Notes under the pieces: generated by a model | Told to the model about the DNA's origin: nothing | Database searches by the model: none | The model's input: the letters and a program-made list of their open reading frames with translations, nothing else | Made by a program: the position numbers and the translations under genes | In this document: positions 30,574 to 36,831 of the stretch, in pieces | Layout: each line of letters begins with the position of its first letter | How positions within the stretch are numbered: position 1 is the stretch's first letter | Source of the DNA: a bacterium | GTDB taxonomy: Bacteria > Desulfobacterota > S145-22 | DNA length: 42,667 nt | Direction of reading: 5' to 3' | Assembly: GCA_027073795.1 (NCBI GenBank) | Contig: JALTEW010000453.1 | Coordinates: 1-42,667, forward strand

Positions 30574-31164
30574 TTAAGATTGGGTTAGTTTTTTCAACAT
30601 TTCCTTCATTTCATTCAGATCCTTCTTCAAATCATTGATCTCTGAACGGAGCTGATCTGTCTCGGGATTGGGCCCCGGCTGCACCTGATAACCCATGCCA
30701 CGCCCCATACCCATGCCACGACCCATACCCATACCACGCCCCATACCCATACCTCTGCCCATGCCGTATGCTGGCGCTGCGCCAGTATCTCCTCCAGCAC
30801 CCACGCCATAGTGCGCATCTACAGAAGGCGCCGAAACGCCTTGAAGGGTCTCCTGCTTGAATGCCTCAATCGCCTGGCGTACCGTACCCGGGGGTGCCAG
30901 GTAAACCCCTACCCCAGCCGCCTGGAGGGTTTGTATAGCATTGGGTCCTACATTTCCCGTAATCACGGCTTCGGCACCCTTGTTCGCAACAAACTGTCCC
31001 GCCTGAATCCCGGCGCCACCACCCGCCATCATGCTCTCATTACCAAGGCTTTCCAGAACCTGCATCGAATCCGTATCCACAAGTAGAAAATACTGACATC
31101 TCCCAAACCTCGGGTCCAGTTCATCATCCAGGCCGGGGCCTGTCGATGTAACAATTACCTTCAT
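30574..31164 (-). CDS. NifX/NifB-C-terminal-like (dinitrogenase FeMo-cofactor-binding fold) protein with a GMGMGR-repeat and coiled-coil tail
   Basis: Residues 1-105 show the NifX-like pattern (DPRFGRCQYFLLVD ... GAEAVITGNVGPNA ... GVGVY). Residues 134-158 are the (GMGMGR)n repeat. Residues 165-196 form a charged heptad-like tail (LRSEINDLKKDLNEMKEMLKKL). Confidence 0.85.
   Translation of the reverse strand: MKVIVTSTGPGLDDELDPRFGRCQYFLLVDTDSMQVLESLGNESMMAGGGAGIQAGQFVANKGAEAVITGNVGPNAIQTLQAAGVGVYLAPPGTVRQAIEAFKQETLQGVSAPSVDAHYGVGAGGDTGAAPAYGMGRGMGMGRGMGMGRGMGMGRGMGYQVQPGPNPETDQLRSEINDLKKDLNEMKEMLKKLTQS
30691..30765 (-). repeat. imperfect 18-nt tandem repeat (about 4 units) encoding GMGMGR
   Basis: Plus-strand units are CCCCATACCCATGCCACG / ACCCATACCCATACCACG / CCCCATACCCATACCTCT and so on. 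They lie in frame inside the NifX-like gene. Confidence 0.8.
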
Positions 31165-31198
31165 TTTATGTCACTCCTTCCGGTCTTTAAAACCGATT

Positions 31199-31555
31199 TT
31201 ATAGTCTTTTTATGACCACTTTTTGGAGCAAGCCGCTCCTATATTTTTGATAGGCCCTTTCCACTGTCATGTCACCCTGAATCCGGTAAACATCAACCCC
31301 CATCTTTTCAAAAACCCCGAAGGCGTTGGGACCAACCGCACCTGAAATGACCCCTGTGGCACCCTCGTTTATCACCTGCTGGGCTGCTTCAGTTCCGGCC
31401 CCCATTGCGGTATCCGCCGCATCGTTTCTTATGGCATACACCTGAGGTGCGCCTAAATCATCTTCGTCAACAAAGATAAAGTATGGTGCGCGCCCAAACC
31501 TCGGGTCAGCCTTTGACGCAAGACTGTCACCCATAGAAGAAATAGCTATTTTCAT
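31199..31555 (-). CDS. NifX/NifB-C-terminal-like small protein (ORP-like paralogue 2)
   Basis: Start set at ATG 31555 after GGAGG (MKIAISSMGD...). Motifs are DPRFGRAPYFIFVD and GATGVISGAVGPNAF. The ORF-track start at 31717 lies inside the upstream gene. Confidence 0.85.
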   Translation of the reverse strand: MKIAISSMGDSLASKADPRFGRAPYFIFVDEDDLGAPQVYAIRNDAADTAMGAGTEAAQQVINEGATGVISGAVGPNAFGVFEKMGVDVYRIQGDMTVERAYQKYRSGLLQKVVIKRL

Positions 31556-31601
31556 TTTGCCTCCATCCTCAATGCATACAGCAGCCCTGATGATGCCAAC
31601 G

Positions 31602-31964
31602 CTAATGTTCGTGCTCCGCGCAACCGCTCGCGCCCTTTGCCTCCCCTCTGAGATAGGCGTCCAAGACATTCCGGACGATCCCCATATAGCCCGTGACCAC
31701 TTCAATTCCGTATCCATTGAAAATATTTATCGCCATGGGTCCCATCCCACCGGCAATCATCACATCCACGTTTTGCGAATGGACAAACGCGGGAACCTTT
31801 CCTGGCTCATGACTATTGTAAAATGGGTTTTCAACCACGGACACATCTTGAATCTTCCCATCTTCCACATCTACCAGTGTGTAGTAGGGACATCGGCCGA
31901 AATGACCACTCATCTGACCCTCCAGCCCCAAGTTATCTTGTGACGCAAGCGCAATTTTTGGCAT
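31602..31964 (-). CDS. NifX/NifB-C-terminal-like small protein (ORP-like paralogue 1) with a Cys/His tail
   Basis: 120 aa with GHFGRCPYYTLVDV, VDVMIAGGMGPMA and the C-terminal GCAEHEH. Confidence 0.85.
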   Translation of the reverse strand: MPKIALASQDNLGLEGQMSGHFGRCPYYTLVDVEDGKIQDVSVVENPFYNSHEPGKVPAFVHSQNVDVMIAGGMGPMAINIFNGYGIEVVTGYMGIVRNVLDAYLRGEAKGASGCAEHEH

Positions 31965-31980
31965 ACCTTAACTTTCCTCC

Positions 31981-32526
31981 TTACGATTTATAGTGATTTT
32001 CATAAACAAAATCTGACAGTTCTTTCCTCTTTGGCCCTTCCGGAACCCTATCAGGAATTCCAATGGGTAACAATGCAACCACGGCGACACCTTCAGGAAC
32101 ACCGAGAATTTCCTCCGCTTTTGAGGCGTCAAACAACCCAACAATCACAGACCCCAGCCCCTGGGCGTGTGCAGCGAGACACGCATTCAATGTTGCCGCC
32201 CCCACGTCAAACATGAACCAGTCGCCTTTATCAGTTGAAACCTCCCCCTTATAAAAACCAGACCGCCCCTTTATTCCACACATCACAAGCACAACGGGCG
32301 CTTGTGTCATGGCCTTAAATGCCGGATTACCCGGCGGCAAGGTCCCAGCCAACTGTTCCTTGACCTTATTATCCTTAACCACTACGACCTCCCAGCACTG
32401 GGTATTGGCCCAAGAGGGAGTCCACTGAATCGCCTCGAGAATCGCTTGCAGTTGTTCGTCCGATATAGGATCAGGCTTCATCTCTCTTGTTGCGCGCCGG
32501 GCCCTGATCGCCTCTAAAACATCCAT
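31981..32526 (-). CDS. nitroreductase-fold (FMN-dependent) family protein
   Basis: The N-terminus [15 protein letters not shown] and [16 protein letters not shown] are typical of the nitroreductase family. The start is probably the second ATG (32526), 6 nt downstream of the one abutting the RBS GGAGGAGGG. Confidence 0.85.
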   Translation of the reverse strand: MDVLEAIRARRATREMKPDPISDEQLQAILEAIQWTPSWANTQCWEVVVVKDNKVKEQLAGTLPPGNPAFKAMTQAPVVLVMCGIKGRSGFYKGEVSTDKGDWFMFDVGAATLNACLAAHAQGLGSVIVGLFDASKAEEILGVPEGVAVVALLPIGIPDRVPEGPKRKELSDFVYENHYKS

Positions 32527-32552
32527 TATCATCCCTCCTCCCCATTCACTGT

Positions 32553-33404
32553 TCAGGCCTGAGAAGCCTCATTAGCCTTGGACTCCTCTACAAACACGCG
32601 CACTTTTTTTACCACCTCTTTAAACGCCAATGCCGCCTTTGAATCAGGATGGGAAATGACAAAAGGGGCACCGCGATCGCTATCCTGAACAATCTCCGGA
32701 TCAATGGGGATACTCCCTAAAAAGGGAACCCCCAACTCCAAGGCCGCTTTCTTCCCGCCTCCTACCTTAAATAAGTCAATTTCCTTTCCACAATAGGGAC
32801 AGATCAACCCGCTCATGTTCTCCACAATCCCGACCACCGGTACCTGAAGCTGGCGGCTAAAGGTAACTGACTTCCTGGAGTCAAGAAGTGCCACATCCTG
32901 CGGGGTCGTTACAATGATACTGCCATCCATCTGGTTGATAACCTGAGCAACACTCAGCGGCTCATCCCCTGTCCCTGGAGGCAGATCGATAATCAGGTAA
33001 TCAAGTTTCCCCCAATTGACATCCTTGACAAACTGCTGGATAAGAGAATGTTTCAGAGGACCCCTCCAGACCACGGGGGTATCCCTGTCCTGCAATAAGA
33101 ATGCCATGGAAACAACCTTGAAATTGGGAAAGAACTCAACGGGATTAATCCCTCCCGCCTCGCTTCCCCCCAAACGGCTGGATTCAATGCCCAACATCTT
33201 TGGGACATTCGGACCGTGGACATCTACATCCATCAATCCTACACTTAAACCTTCCTTTGCAAGGGTCATTGACAAATTAACCGCAACCGTTGTCTTGCCA
33301 ACCCCCCCCTTTCCACTCATAACAGCTATACGGTGGTCAATTGTACTCAATCTCTTCGTAATAAGTTCCTGCTCCTTCTTTCTATCTTCGACTTTTTTTG
33401 CCAT
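32553..33404 (-). CDS. mrp: Mrp/NBP35/ApbC-family Fe-S cluster carrier ATPase
   Basis: 283 aa with the deviant Walker [20 protein letters not shown] and the CPYCG (CxxC) cluster-bridging motif. Confidence 0.92.
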   Translation of the reverse strand: MAKKVEDRKKEQELITKRLSTIDHRIAVMSGKGGVGKTTVAVNLSMTLAKEGLSVGLMDVDVHGPNVPKMLGIESSRLGGSEAGGINPVEFFPNFKVVSMAFLLQDRDTPVVWRGPLKHSLIQQFVKDVNWGKLDYLIIDLPPGTGDEPLSVAQVINQMDGSIIVTTPQDVALLDSRKSVTFSRQLQVPVVGIVENMSGLICPYCGKEIDLFKVGGGKKAALELGVPFLGSIPIDPEIVQDSDRGAPFVISHPDSKAALAFKEVVKKVRVFVEESKANEASQA

Positions 33405-33424
33405 CTTTCACTCCCTATTCAACG

Positions 33425-33601
33425 TTAAAAACAGCCTAACTGACAGGCTACAATTTTAAGGTTTAATTTATTAATAAGCTTCCCCACCCTTCTAACAGAC
33501 ACATTAAGCTCTCCTGCAACCTTATGGGCCGCCCGACAGCTTATTTTCCCGTTTTTTGAAGCCTTCTTTATCCGCTCAATAACCTCCTCTTCGGAACTCA
33601 T
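33425..33601 (-). CDS. unlisted 58-aa ORF: small HTH-like protein with 3 Cys (C-terminal CQLGCF)
   Basis: It is below the 60-aa cut-off of the ORF track. The translation is MSSEEEVIERIKKASKNGKISCRAAHKVAGELNVSVRRVGKLINKLNLKIVACQLGCF. Its ATG overlaps the TGA of the upstream MBL gene (ATGA), and its stop lies 20 nt before the mrp start, so it exactly fills an otherwise unexplained 190-nt gap in a tight operon. Confidence 0.6.
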   Translation of the reverse strand: MSSEEEVIERIKKASKNGKISCRAAHKVAGELNVSVRRVGKLINKLNLKIVACQLGCF

Positions 33602-34464
33602 TGAAGTACTACCCCCCCCTTCTCATAAATTGTAATAACGACCCCTGCCATCGCTCGGAAAAACCTCTTTCCGAAGGAACGTTTCATCTCATCCGCCGCT
33701 TCAAGTCCTGTACAGTGGGATACACCAATGGTTTGTATGTTCATCCCTTTAAGGGCTTCGATGGTTTTCTTCGTCTGCCTCGGGTCCACCCTTGATAAGT
33801 GCGTTCCTCCAACCACCGTTAAGATAGGGACGTTCCCCGCCAAAGTCAAGATATGTTCCAAAATATTTACCACCCCCCTGTGAGAGCAACCTAAGATTAC
33901 CACCAACCCCTGGGGTGTCTTAATGTAGAGGGATGCATCATCCATGAACGGATCACGGACAGATAACCCCTTCTCATCCTTAACAACCAGAAGTGGGTCA
34001 CCCTTTTCGAAATCGTTTGCCTGTGGCACTTCACTGACATAGAAGATATCAGGCGCCACTTCATAATGGGGAGTCACAAATTTGAAATTGATCCCCCTGC
34101 TCTCCAGATAGGCCTGTGTATAGGGACACCCAATGTATTTCAGGGAACCATCTTTTTGCTTTTTATAACGCGCCACAAAAACGTCCCTATGAGCAATCAC
34201 CTGCACATTCACGGAAGAACGGGCAAGACTGAGCAACCCACCCGTATGATCATAATGGCCGTGGCTCAACACAACAGTATCAATAGACGAGAGGTCCTTT
34301 CCCATTACATCGGCATTATGCCAGAAAACATCAGACTGACCGGTATCGAAAAGAACCTTTGTGTTTCCCCTCTCAATAAGGATAGAAAACCCATGTTCCG
34401 CGCGAATTCCTTCTTTCATCGCAGCGCTATTGTCACAAAGAACGCTGAGAGTTATTTTATCCAT
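33598..34464 (-). CDS. MBL-fold metallo-hydrolase
   Basis: Start set at ATG 34464 (MDKITLSVLCDN...). It carries the metal-binding motif LSHGHYDHTGG and a later GCSHRG. Confidence 0.85.
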   Translation of the reverse strand: MDKITLSVLCDNSAAMKEGIRAEHGFSILIERGNTKVLFDTGQSDVFWHNADVMGKDLSSIDTVVLSHGHYDHTGGLLSLARSSVNVQVIAHRDVFVARYKKQKDGSLKYIGCPYTQAYLESRGINFKFVTPHYEVAPDIFYVSEVPQANDFEKGDPLLVVKDEKGLSVRDPFMDDASLYIKTPQGLVVILGCSHRGVVNILEHILTLAGNVPILTVVGGTHLSRVDPRQTKKTIEALKGMNIQTIGVSHCTGLEAADEMKRSFGKRFFRAMAGVVITIYEKGGVVLQ

Positions 34465-34777
34465 TCGTTTCACCTTGTTTGAGGCGGCTCTTTCCGTTTC
34501 GTCTGTGATACCGCCCACACTGCTTCCTTCGGCAGTTCCTTACCTTCCAGCATGGCGCAATTTCCATCAATCTCTTAACACCCGTCAGATTGATGCCATC
34601 TTCATGAATAAGCTTGCGGATACACCGAATATACTCCAAATCATCATCAGAATAATACCTGCGCCCGTTCCTTCTCTCCGGTTTAATAAGGTTTTCCTGC
34701 TCATAAATCCTCAGCGTCCGGGGATGGACCTGAAGCAAATCCGCCGCAACCCCTATTGGGTAAACCCCCTTCCCCAT
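34457..34777 (-). CDS. MerR-family transcriptional regulator with a short Cys-rich C-terminal tail
   Basis: 106 aa. The N-terminal HTH is YPIGVAADLLQVHPRTLRIYEQENLIKPERRNGRRYYSDDDL, and the tail is PCWKVRNCRRKQCGRYH (C-x6-C-x4-C). It overlaps the MBL gene by 8 nt. Confidence 0.85.
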   Translation of the reverse strand: MGKGVYPIGVAADLLQVHPRTLRIYEQENLIKPERRNGRRYYSDDDLEYIRCIRKLIHEDGINLTGVKRLMEIAPCWKVRNCRRKQCGRYHRRNGKSRLKQGETNG

Positions 34778-34808
34778 GTCTCCATCTCACCTCTGCCTTG
34801 CTAAAACT

Positions 34809-34837
34809 AATATAATGCTGTAAATATATATTGTCAA
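34809..34837 (-). promoter_or_regulatory. sigma70-type promoter candidate for the merR-led operon (TTGACA-17 nt-TATATT)
   Basis: The minus strand reads cTTGACA-atatatatttacagcat-TATATT, about 30 nt upstream of the merR ATG. The spacer contains a TATTTACAG half-site. Confidence 0.5.
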
Positions 34838-34842
34838 GTTTT

Positions 34843-34862
34843 CTGTAAATAATTATTTACAG
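34843..34862. promoter_or_regulatory. perfect 20-bp AT-rich palindrome CTGTAAATAATTATTTACAG (operator candidate)
   Basis: Perfect dyad centred about 50 nt upstream of the predicted start site. A third copy of the half-site CTGTAAATA lies at 34818-34826, inside the promoter spacer. Confidence 0.5.
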
Positions 34863-34880
34863 CATAAGGGGTACGATGCT

Positions 34881-35252
34881 TTACACATTATCAATGGAAC
34901 ATGTAAAAATTGCGGGAGAAGAGGTATGGTTTTTAAGCGCATGGGGTTCAAAGGTATAGGTATAGATGGTCTCTCCAGGCCCCACTTCCACCGTCTCTTC
35001 CTCCGTTGAAAAAAGGAGCGCCCCTTCCAGCATGAAAACAACTTCCTCATAGGCATGTTCGTGCATGGGTATTTCTCCACCCGGCTCCAGAACAAAATAC
35101 CGGAAAGAAAAATTGTGGTTATACGCTTCCCCTCCCGTTTCAGAATCCACAATCCACCGGATTTTACAACCGGTCACGGGGACCTTTTCCCCATGGCGTA
35201 TCACTTCCTTGACCTCGATCTCGGGAACATCACTCACCTTTCTGACAATCAT
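34881..35252 (-). CDS. cupin-domain protein
   Basis: Start set at ATG 35252, 5 nt after GGAGG. It has the single-domain cupin motifs GGEIPMHEHAYEEVVFMLEG and GETIYTYTFEPHALKN. Confidence 0.8.
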   Translation of the reverse strand: MIVRKVSDVPEIEVKEVIRHGEKVPVTGCKIRWIVDSETGGEAYNHNFSFRYFVLEPGGEIPMHEHAYEEVVFMLEGALLFSTEEETVEVGPGETIYTYTFEPHALKNHTSSPAIFTCSIDNV

Positions 35253-35329
35253 TTGAACCTCCAAAAACTTTTCATTTTAACTTCTACCAGGGCTTTTCAA
35301 ACCACGATATTTAGCATATCCTTTAAGAA

Positions 35330-36541
35330 ATGAAAACCGCCCACAAAGTTGCTTCTTACTCCATTGCCGTCAACGTCATCCTCTTTGCCTTAAAATTGGT
35401 TATAGCACTCATTTCGGGAAGCATCTCACTTCTTGCTGATGCCATCCATTCCTCCACCGACATCATCTCCTCCATTGCCCTTTTAATAGGGATAAAAATC
35501 TCCGGACGCAAATCCAGAAACTTTCCCTTTGGCCTGTACAAGGTGGAAAATCTTGTTTCTCTTGGGATCGCCTTTATCATCTTTCTGACAGGGTATGAAA
35601 TCATCCGTGAGGTTTTCTTTGAACACAGATTTCTCAAATTAACCCGACCTTTCCTCGCTATGACCACGGCAGGGGCTGTTATGTGCATAACCTGGTTCTT
35701 CTCCGCTTACGAAATAAAAATGGGAAAGAAAGAAAACTCTCCCGCTATTACTGCCGACGGCAAACACGTCCGGACAGACGCCATCGTTTCCTTCATCGTC
35801 CTTTTGGGACTTGCCGGCAAGCTTGTTCATATTCCGGCTGAAAAAGCCGCAACTATCATTGTCATCGGGTTTATCATGAAAGCCGGTTGGGGCATTCTTC
35901 TGGAATCCATTCGAGTGCTTTTAGACGCATCTATAAACCCCAAGACCTTGAATCAAATCAGAGAGATTATTACTTCCCATCCCGCTATTACGGACATCCG
36001 GGAAATTATCGGGAGAAACTCGGGGAGTTTTACATTCATCGAAGGAAATCTCGTGGTCAAAGCGAGGGACTTCACACATGCCCATCAGATTATCGAGGAA
36101 ATAACCGAAAAGGTCCGTCGGCAGATCCCGCATATTGACCGTATTGTTCTGCATTATGAACCGGCCAAGAAATCGACATTTCTTATCGCCGCCATGTTAT
36201 CAGACGGTGCACAATGGCGTGTTTCAGAGCATTTCGGAGATGCCCCCTACATCGGTTGGATAGAGATTCACCTCAAGGAAAACCGCATCATCCACACGGA
36301 GGTTGCCGCCAATCCCTACGGCAATATCGAAAAGGGCAAGGGCATTAAGGTCGCTGAACACCTCATCAATCGTGGTGTCGATCTTGTTTTAACCTGCGAG
36401 TCTTTTAGCGGGAAAGGACCTGAATATGTTTTCAGCAGCCGGGATGTCAAGGTGTTTAGAATATCAGAAGAATTCATTTATCCCGATCTTATCGCCAGAA
36501 TCTACAAAGAAGAAACCGGGCAGGAGTTATCGAAATCCTGA
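35330..36541 (+). CDS. cation diffusion facilitator (CDF) transporter fused to a C-terminal NifX/NifB-like domain
   Basis: Residues 1-205 form six TM segments, with HSSTD in TM2 and HVRTD in TM5 (an H-D/H-D site). Residues 206-290 form a CDF cytoplasmic domain. Residues 291-403 read FLIAAMLSDGAQWRVSEHFGDAPYIGWIEI ... GVDLVLTCESFSGKGPEYV ... VKVF, the same pattern as the three NifX-like genes opposite. Confidence 0.85.
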   Translation: MKTAHKVASYSIAVNVILFALKLVIALISGSISLLADAIHSSTDIISSIALLIGIKISGRKSRNFPFGLYKVENLVSLGIAFIIFLTGYEIIREVFFEHRFLKLTRPFLAMTTAGAVMCITWFFSAYEIKMGKKENSPAITADGKHVRTDAIVSFIVLLGLAGKLVHIPAEKAATIIVIGFIMKAGWGILLESIRVLLDASINPKTLNQIREIITSHPAITDIREIIGRNSGSFTFIEGNLVVKARDFTHAHQIIEEITEKVRRQIPHIDRIVLHYEPAKKSTFLIAAMLSDGAQWRVSEHFGDAPYIGWIEIHLKENRIIHTEVAANPYGNIEKGKGIKVAEHLINRGVDLVLTCESFSGKGPEYVFSSRDVKVFRISEEFIYPDLIARIYKEETGQELSKS

Positions 36542-36603
36542 GCTTTGGTGAGGCCCCCCCTTCACGCTACCCAGTCCTCGCGATCAAACATAAGGGGAAA
36601 AAA

Positions 36604-36679
36604 TGGTGCCGAGTCGCGGAATCGAACCACGGACACGGGGATTTTCAGTCCCCTGCTCTACCGACTGAGCTAACTCGGC
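36604..36679 (-). tRNA. tRNA-Phe (anticodon GAA)
   Basis: The reverse complement is GCCGAGTTAGCTCAGTCGGTAGAGCAGGGGACTGAAAATCCCCGTGTCCGTGGTTCGATTCCGCGACTCGGCACCA, a 76-nt canonical cloverleaf with an encoded CCA end. Confidence 0.93.
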
Positions 36680-36689
36680 ACCTGTTTTT

Positions 36690-36718
36690 TATATAAAACA
36701 AAAACGCGAAAACGTCAA
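36690..36718 (-). promoter_or_regulatory. sigma70-type promoter candidate for tRNA-Phe (TTGACG-17 nt-TATATA)
   Basis: The hexamers have 17-nt spacing, and the -10 element lies about 10 nt upstream of the mature tRNA 5' end. Confidence 0.45.
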
Positions 36719-36831
36719 GAGAAATTTCACCCCTAACACCCACAAAAAACCCTTTCCCCGTCTAAACCTTTTTCCTTCCCACGTGTCTAATCTGACAAAG
36801 ACATAAACAAAAAACCTTAGGAGGAAACAAG

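Noticed and set aside
30691-30765. Short tandem repeats as a possible CRISPR or minisatellite locus
   Set aside because: The units are 18 nt, contiguous without spacers, in frame, and encode GMGMGR. This is a coding low-complexity repeat, not a CRISPR array.
30574-31964. Interpreting the NifX/NifB-like genes as a nitrogen-fixation (nif) cluster
   Set aside because: There is no nifH/D/K/E/N and no radical-SAM NifB domain in the window. The stand-alone PF02579-type domain occurs widely in non-diazotrophic anaerobes, and the ORP-type context fits better.
34843-34862. AT-rich 20-bp palindrome as the transcription terminator of the cupin gene
   Set aside because: The stem would be almost entirely A-U with essentially no loop, and no U tract follows it on the minus strand. 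An operator role next to the -35 element is more plausible.
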